From NCBI GenBank assembly GCA_046563655.1, contig CM102285.1, forward strand, positions 10,230,001-10,294,000: DNA of 64,000 nucleotides. The letters are read 5' to 3'. Positions 1 to 11,800 of this stretch are shown one piece after another. Within the stretch, counting starts at the first letter, position 1. Each line of letters starts with the position of its first letter. The notes below the pieces were generated by a model. That model did not search any database and was not told the origin of the DNA. It saw nothing but the letters and a program-made list of their open reading frames with translations. The DNA is from Yuukianura sp. NJ FZ-2021 (Eukaryota). The translations under genes were made by a program, and so were the position numbers.

Positions 1-118
1 TTTTCCAAAAAATTTCAATAGCATCCAACTTACGAGTTATAAAAGTCGTAGTCGGTTCATATAGAATTTTCAGAGTCAAAAATTTTAAGCACTGTAACTT
101 TTTTTTGAATTTTGGAAA

Positions 119-2843
119 ATGAACTCGTATTTGGCAGTTAGTTTGCTTACAGTCACTCTGCTTTTGGATCTGTCCAATTCCTTACTCATTTTGAATTTGA
201 CAAGAAATAATCCCAGATACGAGTTTACCGACTACGATTTAATTGTTTCTGGAGCGAATGTTTCTATTATTGGTAATATCCGAATAACTTTACAATAATT
301 AATAAACTTTATTAATATTAAATCAAAATCATTAATTTCAATACTTTTTCAAATGTTGACCATAGCTTTGGGAGAAGAAAGCACCACCTTTGACTCGCGC
401 TTGAAACGCGTCCAGTACAACTTTTTAGGTTTTCACAAATTCCGTAAGTTTGTTCGAAAATTTAGACGAAAACGACTAGAGTTTGGCCGAACAATGCTTT
501 ACTTGATGCCACAAAATCTGACCGAGTTCGCAAATTACGTAGATGTTGTAAGTAAATTAAAACAAATAGAGAGACAGACACTTCAAAATTTTGAAACAAA
601 GTTTACCTCTACGAATCCCCACTCTAAAAACGTTTTGAAAAGAAATTTTTTGAAAATTTCAACATTTCAGGTTAAGAAGTTGTACATGCAGCCTTTAAAT
701 GATCTGTACTTGGATTCACGCCTCCTGACTTTCTTCGAATGGCCAGTCGGAGAAAGTGACATGAACAGTAGCCAGGTTCTGCTTGAATTTGCCAAGAACT
801 TCGGCAGTAACTGCGAAGTATTCGTTCTGTTTCGAAAACCAAACGACAGTTACATTGCCTATGAAATTTACTACATAAAAAACAAATCCTTCGTAAATGA
901 AATCCGTGACCGTTATAACTGTACTGGAAGAAAGTGTCCAATGTTTCCTGGTCTGGGTTACCGTAGGAGAGATATGGGAGGAGTACAACTTATTTTTGCG
1001 GCACTGGTAAGTGTGGTGAAAATTTGAGAAAATCAGTTAAAAATTGTTCTGAATTTTACCTTTGCAGAACAATACCGAGAGTGAATACTGCTACACATTT
1101 TCCGAAAATGAAGGAAACGTTTCAATGTTCGACATCGATCATTCCTGCAATCAAGTTCTGTGGGATTACCAGAGACTTTTGAATTTCAGGTTAGTTTGAA
1201 AGTATTTTGCGAGTATTTCAACAATTCTGGTAATGCATTAAAAATTTTGACAATTTGCTCCTGTTACCGGAGAAAGCATCGCTGCCAAACCAGAATCTCA
1301 GTACATTTGGCATGATCCTGGAAGCAAGCTTAGACTTGGAGGCATGGGGAGAATGTTGCAAGTGGGCGAAGCGGACGTTGTGATTACTGCAACGTATTTG
1401 CTGGACTACCGTTTGAAGTACCTGACAGCTCTTATTCCAGTTGGTAACGAACCGTAAGTGTCAGTGGTACTAAAAAATTTACCTTGAATCAGCTCACCTC
1501 AGTTACGCGAACCTTCTATAATAACTGTCAATTTTTACTGACCACTTGTAGCATCCTTGCTTACTTTCTCCAACCCCAACCAAGTTCTGTACAAAACATT
1601 TACAACTTACAATTCTCTAAACGTACTTGGATGGCGACTTTCTCCCTTCTATTTGTCATTGCGGCGATGACTTCTTTATTTGCATTATTCGGAGTTCGAA
1701 ATTTCGGGGATCCGCACTGGTGGTCTTCGGAAAATTTTTTATGGGTTGTGTGCTTGGCATGTCACCAAGGTCAGCAAAACTTCAATACTGGAAGAATTTC
1801 GAAAACTTGAAATTGAGCATACCCTGAAATTTTGAACTTTAGCTTGGTACTGTACTCCGAGGTCACTCGCTGGTAAAATTCTGTTCTTGAGTACTACGGT
1901 ATTGACTCTGGTAGGATACGCTGCTTACTCCGGTGGAATGATCTCGGGTATGCAAAACTGAAGTTCAAAATCAAGTCTCGGATTCAAGCTTAAGTTTTGA
2001 TTAACTTATAACAGGGTTGGCTTATGAGCCAGTTCCAGTTTCCACTGTGAAAGACCTGGGTTCGCACGGCTTCAAATTCGTTTTCGATCCGAACGTTTAC
2101 AATCCATTCTTTCATTCGGTATCTGAAGACGGTCACGCAACCCATGTATTTGGCAAACTTGCTTATAGTGTGGCAACATTTGTAATTTCAATTGTAAATT
2201 CGTGTACTTGTGAACTTAACGTTTCAGGAAACGTCTGCTGACTGGTTCACTGGTATGCTAAAAGCGAATCAAGTGAATGAGAAATTTAGCAACGATACTG
2301 GCGCAGTTCGGCAAGTATTTGGAGGGAAAGTGGTCTTTCTAACGACAACTAGAAACTTCATCGCTGCCTACTACACACTCCATCAAAACGACTCCTACAT
2401 GTGTGAAACCGTCTACAAAATCTCCCTAGACAAAAGATTTTTGCAAAGCTCTTTCTTCTTGGCCAAGGGATCGCCACTTAAAGAACTATTCAACTCCAAG
2501 TAACTTTTACTTTCACCCAAAATTTAAACTCAACTGATATAATTTTAACTCATTCTGTGCGTTTCAATGATATAGACTTACGGTCCTGTTGGAGAATGGG
2601 TTGAAACATCGGTACTGGAGGTACTACTACCAACGAAACAATTCAGTTGAATGTTCCGAAGAGGAATTTTCTTATCGGGCAAATTTGGGATTGGACGATG
2701 TCATTTCTGCCTACTTAATCCTACTTGTAGGATCTCTAATCGCTCTAGCATCGTTTGTAGTTGAACGAATTGCTAATGATGTTCAAAAGTATGTTGAGTT
2801 TAGAAGGAATTATAACTACTGGTCAAGGAAGATCATATTTTAA
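119..2843 (+). CDS. Ionotropic receptor (variant iGluR chemoreceptor), multi-exon, IR75-like appearance
   Basis: Signal peptide MNSYLAVSLLTVTLLL from ATG 119. Spliced exons give YRRRDMGG, S1-lobe GMGRMLQVGEADVVIT, M1 NIYNLQFSKRTWMATFSLLFV, pore/M2 CLACHQ..PRSLAGKIL..YAAYSGGMIS, S2 FFLAKGSPLKELFNSK..LLENGL and M3 LGLDDVISAYLILLVG. Stop at 2841-2843. Confidence 0.88.
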
Positions 2844-3421
2844 GCTTACTGTGTTAAAAATGTATTGGTAAGTTTGAATCAAGTTTAACTATTAGTTTAA
2901 TTGCGAATTAAAGTTAAATCGCCTTCTGTGTAGAAATACAAAATCAGAAGAGAAAGTGACGCCTTCGCTTTCTCCAAAGTGAAAACTAACCAATAGTATT
3001 CACTTCTCCCGCCATTTCAAATTGAAATCTACACATACGCATGTGCGATTATTATTTACGTGTTTAGGAACAAACACTTAAGAACCACTTAAAACTCACG
3101 TGCTTGCTAGTAACTGCTGTTTTACTACGATTAGGTAATGCTGAGTGACGCGATTGAATTGTTTTTTAAAGCTTTCTGTAGTACTACTATTGCGGAATGT
3201 CTGGAATTTGTAGACGCAATAAGTTGCACGAATTATACCATTAGTTACTTTATTGGATTGTCGAAGTCAGAAGAGGTAAAAAAGCTAATATAAAAACGAT
3301 ACTTCGTCGTTTTTAAGTTTTGACGAAAATTACTTTGTTTCAGATGTGATCATTTACTTTCCATTTGTCTGTCCTGTTCATTGTGATTACCCGCCATCTT
3401 GTAAGTATCAAATTGGAGAAG

Positions 3422-4557
3422 ATGGAGATGAAAGTTGTACTGGAGAAAATTCAAGCTCCAGTAGGAAACGCCGACGAGACTGAAGAAGTTTTGGAAATCG
3501 GAAAAGATTATTACTGCGTTTGGTCTTCCAGTAAAGCGTCCCATGAGGAGCATCGCAACAGTTACGACTTTGGTTCAGCGTCATCGTCAATTGGACTTCC
3601 CAAATATCAATTTTCTCCAGGTCCCGGTCCGGAGATGTCACCGACACAGGGAACTTTTGAAAATCCAACATTTGCAAGAATGAACACAAAGCCAAGTCAT
3701 ACTCCCAAGCGCAAGAAGAAAGGCACTGGAAAAAGACGAAGTTGGGGCAAGAAGAAGGCAAGAACTCGTAAGTTAGATTTAGATGAATACGGTATCCATC
3801 ACCATCGCTACTTATCTACTTCTGCGCAAATACTTTTCGTTTGAGGAATTTTTGAAACATTTTGATATAAAATTAACACAATTTTTTATATTTAGCTCTC
3901 GGTGTAATCAGAGGAAAGGACATGCGGACCATTATACGCTACAACAATCGGAAAGTAGTGGAGTTAGCGGAGACCGATGGTGGAATCGAAAATGTGCCGT
4001 TTTCCAAGAGCCACAACCAAGCAAACATACCGATGAAGGACGAAGAAGGAAAAATGGCAAGTCCAATCTACGCAGATATTGAAACAGAACTCTCCTTGGA
4101 ACTTCCGGAAGAACTTGGATTTTTGCAAGAATGTGAATGGCCATTTTCTGGTGACGAAGAAGACCTTCTGGACGTTGACCAGGTTGAATGCGCGCGTGGC
4201 CAAGACGTAGAAGTGGAGCCTGCCGTGGATCTCGATTGCTCAAGCCTTCCACTTTTTGACGATTTACCCGCCGAAGACATGCTAGCGGACTTGCTCTTGA
4301 ACGATGTTTTGAATTCCACGGAATTGAACGACGTTACACCCTCCATTGATTCCTTAGAACCGTCACTCTTGACGTCGAGTACTCCCCCTGCTATGATGTC
4401 AGACTTCGCTGAAGAAGAGCTGGATGACACTTCACTAAGCGATCTCCAGAGATGCATTTCCGCTTTGGCCCTGAGCCCGAACTCGTGTACTGCTGCAGCC
4501 TCAACTGACCTTGATTCATCGGAATACCTTGAAGTCGATCCATTTGACTTTGCATAA
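3422..4557 (+). CDS. Hypothetical 335-aa protein, two exons (3422-3767, 3896-4557), with a basic NLS-like cluster and an acidic C-terminal half
   Basis: ORFs 3365..3844 and 3922..4557 join in frame through a GTAAGT...TTTAG intron (3768-3895), giving KKKART-PLGVIRGKDMRT. Contains PKRKKKGTGKRRSWGKKK and a D/E/L/S-rich tail. Confidence 0.7.
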
Positions 4558-4787
4558 GTATAAGAAGAGACTGATAAACTTTTATAAATCTGACGGTATT
4601 AATTATTTTTGACAATTTTACTCTGTTTGCACTTTTACACAATTAAATAATTTGTATGCACATTTACCTCCAATCAGTTAATTTTATTGATAAGAAAGAA
4701 AATTGTAACTGCTCTTATAAATTGGGAGAATGTGGAAATATTTCTGCAGTTGGTTTCATACTGTTGAGTGACAACGATAGCAGATTC

Positions 4788-5945
4788 TTAATCATAACCC
4801 CTGAAAAACAGGATTGTCATTAGTAAGTTAGGCAAAGATTTAAGTTAGTTAAAGATGAGGAAAACTTACTTGATCAGATGAGCAATACTCCAATCTGGTT
4901 GTACCTCCAGATTATTCTGAATTTCACATCCCGTGGGAGTCACGATTCCGAGATCATACTAAAAATAATCCATACACGATTTTTCAGTACCATATTATAA
5001 CTGCTGAATTCATTTTCCAATTTGTAGTTAGTACCTAGTTGCCTACCTTGTTGTGAGCTCGAGCATCCCTGTAGTACATCAGTTTCATACACTCCTTGAT
5101 CAAATTGACTGCTTCTGCTTGGGTCAAGTCCGGCTTCCAGGCACTGCGCAATAAGGGAGTAGCAATCATGGATGCGTAACCTGTGGCGATAACTGGATCC
5201 TTGTAAGCGGTTCCAAGCTTGTCAACGAATCCTAGGAACCTACAATGGACGAAGAGGTATTAAGAAAATCACAATGACGAGTTATGGAAGGTTTTCATAA
5301 GCAAGACAAACCCCTTTCCATCTTCAATACCACCGACGACTACAGTGGTCCAGAGTGGATCCATCTTAGAACGCTTGTTGTAAAGTACCCGGGTTATCCA
5401 AGAGTGCAGAGAACGAGGAGTCATCGTAATCTTGTCGTCCTTACAAATGTCGTCAATCCTACACGAGTTATTTACAGTTTAATTCAAAATTCATCGTTAC
5501 TCCAAAGAATCCCTCCAAAGAACTCATAGTTGTCACAAGTATCACTTACGCCATTTGTTCAATCAGATTCCTAAGGTATTGGAAATCAGCATAGTCACCA
5601 GTACATGCAAGCATAGTACGATCGTTGACCTTGATCAATCGTTCGCAGTTGCGAAATCTTGCAAGGCTTCCGTAAGACCCAAGGGTATCAGAAGCAAACA
5701 CGACTCCGCCATTGAACTGGACGGCCAAAACTGACGTTCCAGTGGTAACTGGGGTCCTAAAATTATTAAATCATCAGCATGTTTCAATCTTTTATCCATT
5801 GCAATCTGTAAAGAACAGGATTTGACATCGATTTTATATCAACAATTTAGAAACAAAGACCTTACTGTGTATGTCTCTTTGGTCCAGCGGCTGTTCCTGC
5901 AATGGATGTAGCAAAAGAGTCGAACGATAGATGATGGGCGGACAT
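4788..5945 (-). CDS. PSMB4: 20S proteasome subunit beta type-4 (beta-7)
   Basis: Spliced translation [88 protein letters not shown]. Confidence 0.95.
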
Positions 5946-6193
5946 CCTCTCTTTCTCACGATTACTCGATACAAGCTAGGACTAATACGAGCTCAGAAAT
6001 TAATCGATTAAATCTTTCTCAGCTTCAGCGTAACAAATTAAAACGACAAACGAAAATACCGAACACCAAATGAATGACTTTTCAAAACACAAATTTCAGT
6101 TTTTTGCCAATTTGGTTGAAGTAAAGTTTACTGTCTCTCATTGTGCTCCACAAACAATTAACATTACTAAGGTTTAGGTATTAGTTAATACCT

Positions 6194-6388
6194 TATTATA
6201 CCCCCAGCTTGGGGGCCCAAGCGCTACATTCACAAGTTCCAAAGTTTCATTGTACCCCCAATGTTGGTTACGCAAGCACGTAGCATTAGCATAAGCTGGG
6301 GAGGGGGGTATAATATAATTTAAGAATTTTTGTAAGGTTTCTATGGCGGCGGGGCGGGGGTATAGAAATGCTAACTACGGGGTACAAT
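6194..6388. repeat. Cluster of short inverted repeats, possibly a degenerate non-autonomous transposon (HINE/DINE-1-like or MITE)
   Basis: TATTATACCCCC (6194-6205) is inverted against GGGGGTATAATA (6304-6315). A second GGGGGTATA lies at about 6356. ATTGTACCCC (6249-6258) is inverted against GGGGTACAAT (6379-6388). Confidence 0.4.
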
Positions 6389-6636
6389 AGGATACAATAA
6401 ATCTCGCTTCAACCGCGAGTTGTGTTTAGTGTTCCATTTGTGTACCTAAGCACCACCAACATTTCTGGGCATCGTCCAAAGCTTCATGTAATGTCTGCAG
6501 CAATTGCTAAAAACTAATTTCAATTAAGTAATTAAAGATAAACGTTTAATATTTTTGTATGGTTTTGTAGATTTTTAATAATGAAATTAGTATTGTTGAA
6601 TTCTGTTGTTTTAGTTGATGGTTTTATGCAATTAGA

Positions 6637-8033
6637 TTATTCCATATCTCCATCTTCACCGATTTCTCCGACTGGAGTAGTTGGTGGTGGATACCAAGCG
6701 ACTCCGCCATCGTACTCCGTTTCACGCTTAATCGTTGTAAATCGAAGCATATCTAACAAGGTCAAAGGTCATGAGTATCAGTTCAAGCACACTCGTCAGG
6801 AAAATTCAAAATTTTGAATTTGGAAAAATTGTTTTAGGAATTACCGTCAAGAATTGATCGAGCCAAACTTTCTCGTCCGAGTTCGGCTTCGACTTCACAG
6901 TTGAGCCATGGAAGAAATTCGCTTGCAATGATATGCATAGAATTCAAGTATCCTTCTGATCGTAGCATTTTCACAACTCCGCGACCCATTTCCGTAAGGT
7001 ACAGAGCAGCAAAAACGCCTGCGCCAGCACGATGTTCCGCATCTTCTTCATACATGTGTCGCTGCTGCATTTCGCGCATGAGCCGTTCCTTTTCTTCGAA
7101 CATTTTCTGTTCACGTTCCTTGAGACGCTCCAGCCGAAGTTGTTCCAGGCGACGCCGTTCCTCGAAGATCATTTGCTGATCCTTCAGCGTCATAAGTTCT
7201 TCTTCTTCCATGCATTCCAGAAGAGCCTGCAATAGCAAAGAGAATCAAATTGGCTCGTGGATTCGCTATAGTGAATCTATTAGGATTTTTTCAAGTTCGA
7301 TCAACTTTCGTACCTGTTCGACAACTCTGCCTACCAACGTTTCAACGATTGGTTGAATTTCACAGTCAAAGTTGAAGAGGTCACCCGGAAGGATTTCAGT
7401 GGCCTTGTCTTCTCCAAGTTTGGACGGTGTGAACCAAGGATTCACTGGAAGTTCATACAGCGGCAGCGTTTGAGTCTTGGCGTCACAGGAACTCGCTTCC
7501 ACTTCCAGCGATTCCCAGTCGTGATCAGTTTGAAGTTGACAGTGCTCACGCCCATCAACCGGTGGAGGCGTATCTGAACGACGCTCCTTCTTGATTCCCT
7601 TGCTTTTCTTATATTTGATGCATTTTTCCATTGCTTTCTGCAAAATTTTGTCCCAAAAATACAATTCAAGTGAAATTTTTTATAAGTAAAAATATTCTAA
7701 AAACTAGAAATTCATGAAACGTTTACATTCTCCTTGTTCTTCCTGAGTGGATCCCCTCGACGGACACGAGGGTCCCACATAATGTTGTAGTAATCATGGA
7801 TTCCACGCGGCCTGTTCAAAATTTTAGCTTAGAATTGGATCAAAATTTTGAATTTTTTGAAAAGTTTTCCAGAAAATTTACCGTGGAACATCATTTCGGT
7901 ATCTGGGCCGACCCCAAACGACTTGTGGTGGACTGGAGTAGATGTAGTATGTTGGCCCGACTGCTTGACAACCCAAATCAAGCTTTTGATTAATGACGGC
8001 CGAATTACACTGATTCCGTTGTAGTCCGCTCAT
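6637..8033 (-). CDS. RSPH3: Radial spoke head protein 3 homolog
   Basis: Motifs YIYSSPPQVV..RYR, NIMWDPRVRRGST, TPPPVDGREHCQLQTD, FTPSKLGEDKATEILPGDLFNFDCEIQPIVETLVGRVVEQALLECMEEEEL, followed by a coiled coil and FLPWL. ATG at 8033, stop at 6637. Confidence 0.92.
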
Positions 8034-8829
8034 TTTCGCTGTGCCACGAGATTCAATGTAGCCGTTTTCGTGATGTTCTAGACTATACTAGAATCTTAGA
8101 GATCAAAAACTACAAATCATTTGCAGCAGAAGCGAACTTTCTAGGAAGAGAAAGTTCACGATCATTTCTGAATCAGTTTTTCGAATAAGCAAAAGCAAAA
8201 TCAACTGTTGTCCTGACAATTTGTTTAGACAGTCACCAAAATAATTCCAAAAACATAATGGTCACGGTTCTGCAAAAATCAAAAATTGTCCAGTATTGTG
8301 TCTAGTCTTTCAGTTTTTTTTTTTAGTCTTTTTTGTTTTTGTTCATTTTGAACATCTCAACATACTAAAACAATGCAATACTGTCAAGAGAGGAAATCTG
8401 GTTGAACTTTCAAATCGACCAGAGATGCTTTTGAAATTAAATTTTTATTTTTCTAGACAGCACTTGAGAGGTACTTGGATTTCAGTTAGCATCAGAAGTT
8501 AGTAATTTTTAACTATAAATTTTTAGTCTAAATGTCAAGATTTACAAACAAAAAAACTAAATTGTTGTTCGCATTTGGTTAAGATAAACTGCTCCGTATA
8601 TTAATTATCTTGTGAATGTTTTTGGCCACAACTTCAGAGTAACTTTGGTTTTTAAATACTTTTGTAAAAAATGTAAAAGTATTAATATCACAGTTTGAGA
8701 TTTGATTATTATTAACTCTAAACCCACTAAATCAATATGGCTTTTGCACTTACATCTTTTTCCAGTGACTAATTGATGACTTAATTTTAAATATTATTTA
8801 AGCTATAAATTATTATTTACTAAGTTTTC

Positions 8830-11800
8830 CTAAGTTAGTATTTCCGAATTACACTCCAATTCGGAAATGCTTTTACTAGAAGAAGAAAGTCGCCTTTCAC
8901 TCGACTGTTCCTTTTCGGTGGTACAAGTTTCACTTATTGGTTCTTTTGTTTCTACAGTTAGACTACTACTCATTTGGGTTTGCAGTTTTCCAACGTCATG
9001 GATTAGTGGTGACACTTCAGAATATTTTCTTTCCTGTCCAATGGAAATACTTTCTCCTCCATCTTTACTTTGCATTGACTCTGTATCATGGGAAGGAATT
9101 GTGCTGAGTCGTCTTGGAACTACGACTAGGGTAACGCCACTATATGGATCACAATTACTTTGACTAGATCCTACGATTTCTCCAGATTTACGTAAAATTG
9201 GACTCTGGACGTCGTCATCTTCTTCTTCTGAAATGTCATATTGACGCTCTTCGTCAAAATAGTCGTCATTTTCGTCATCATAAGTGCCAGCTACAAGGGA
9301 ACCATGCACTGGACCTACAGAAAACACGAAAGTTTCACTAAAGTTTGAGATTTTGAAACTTTCACTTTAAATCAAGTAGTATCTTACAAATTTCTGGTTC
9401 AATGATGACATCATCCGAGAAGAACGCTGACTGCCTGACAAGTCTCGGACGATTAGTTGCAATTTTAGCACTCACTTCATCTTCTTCAATCACATTATCA
9501 TCATCTTCCTCTTCTGCTGAAGACTGGATCTTCAGTGGAGCAGCTACTTTGCCACTTTCTTCAAAAATAGGTTTTGTTCCAAAGACTTTTTCCAAGTCTT
9601 TATGAGTTCTCCTTATACAAAGTTCTGTTCGAGGATAACTGTTCCGTTTTTGCTGACGATGTGGACTCAAAATTGGTACTGGAATGATCTTCTCCTCTTC
9701 CAGAAATTTTAGAGTCTTCGGCCTCTTGATCTGTGTGTTTGGTAAAGGAGGTTGTGGTTGAGAAGTCGTTGCTGAGTTGTCACTGGTGGATGTCTGGGCA
9801 GTTGGACTCAGCAGAGGAGGAATGTGAGTGACATTGGAAATGATAGCAGTTGTCGTTGAACTAATGGCGCAGGATCCGGGTACCGTTGGAACTAATACCC
9901 TCTTCAGTGAAGATTTTCCACCGCCAGAGTGACTTGTGGCTTCACTAGATACGCTTGACCTTGACAGTCTCCAGGTCGCCGTGGAATTTGAAGTGGCTGA
10001 AGAGTCGTTTCGACTGTTCGAGAGACTAGAGTCTTGTGACGGTTTTCGTGTCACGGCCCAAGAGTTACGACGTTTTGGTTCCAACAGTCTCAAAGGAATT
10101 CCACACCGTCCCTGGTAGAACAAGATTTTAGTTACAAAGTTTAATTTCAGTTGCAGCGATTAGGTTTAGGTCACGTTCTGCGCTGCAAATCGCTGCTAAC
10201 TTCTCAACAGTAGTAAAATACCTGATGGGCTCTCCAAGAGTCAGAACGTGACGAACTAAAGTTGTCACTGGAGACGGAAGCGTGCCGCTCACGTTTCTCT
10301 TGATCTGGCTGAAACGTTGTCACGTTCGCAGTATTGTACAAGTAGCGCCGAACATTCCTCATTCGATAGTCGTCTCGAGCCTGAAATAAGTTTAATTTCC
10401 AAAATGAAATTAGATTTAATTTGGAATATTTTAAGCTGAAATTCCAAAATTCCTTTGCAGCTTGATTAGTTTTTAGCGTCGAAGAGAAAGCTATAATGGA
10501 GAAAGTTTCGGAATTTAAACAATAACAGTTTCTTCCTAGTCAAAAAGCAGGCATCAATCGTTAAAAGGACCATTGCCTCTAATTCATGTAAATTTGCTTT
10601 AAAAGTGGAACGAGAGAACCCGCTTCCAGAATTTGTAGAAAACTATTAGCACATGCTCATCTCCATAATAGCACATTCTGTGCATTTCTATCACCATATT
10701 TGTTTTCTGAGCGACAAAGGAAATGGAAAGTATTTAGAAAGCGACAGAGGAGAAAGTATGCGATTGTTTTAGTCTTCTCCTTGCCTGTCGATTGGCTTCG
10801 TAACTATTATTTTGACATAGGATGTAACGGGAGATGAAGCGACCCAGTGAGCCATAACGTGTAGCCCATCTTTCAGCGGGTGGAATGAATCGATACTTGG
10901 CATTTCCATTCATCATGTCCCTTCCAGGATGTAATCTGGAAGTGAAAGTGATGATACCTATTTAAAGGCGCTTTCCATTTCGTTGCAATCCACTTCACAG
11001 TAGATCTATTCCTTACCCATTATGACAAACACAGGGCTGTTGTCCATCTTTAGACGACTTTTCTATTAGACTCCCAGTATTTGGAGCAGTTTGTCTGTTA
11101 CTGAAATTGGAACTGTTCCGACAGCGTCCAATTCCTCGGGTAACTCTGGACTCTTCAATGGCCTGACATTAGAAAGGAGAAAACTAAATTAGCGGAGTTC
11201 TGGAAGTGAAAGGGAAATGAGTAGGGCGGAGAAAGCTGAATGGCTTCTGGGAAATATGGGACAGATTCAATTTAATTGAACATGAAATGAACTTTCTCCA
11301 AAAAGAAAAATTTAGTTAAAATTCAAATTTTAAAATTTTGTGCTTACCTTGCAAATGAGAACGCAGTCCTTTTTGAACTGTTTAGTAAGAATTGCATAGA
11401 GGAAGGGGTTGCAACAGGAGTTAAACGGAAGAATAAAAACAGTGAAAACTTTGGCTTCTTCCAGCGAAACCAGTTGCAGCCCAAATACAGCCGTAAGTGA
11501 AAAGAAAGCAATGGGAAACCAGCAGAGAAGGTCCGTGAAGACGAGCAAGGCCATCCGTTTGGCAATTCTCGTGTCATTGGAGTTCCAGGCCTGTGACCCT
11601 CGAATGGAGCAGTACATTTTTAAATAGCATCCCATTAGAATTGTAAATGCAACTCCGTTGGCAAACATAAGGAAGACCACGTAGAGAAGACTCCACGAGT
11701 CACCCGTTTCAAAGGGTAAACAAACTGCGAATTTACGGTAGTCGGAAACTCCCAACAGCGGCAGAAGAGCCATCAGAAGGGAAAATGACCATCCAACCAC

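Noticed and set aside
10734..10916. 60-aa ORF in a rickets intron as a possible alternative exon
   Set aside because: The flanking rk exons already join plausibly, and I see no convincing splice pair or motif.
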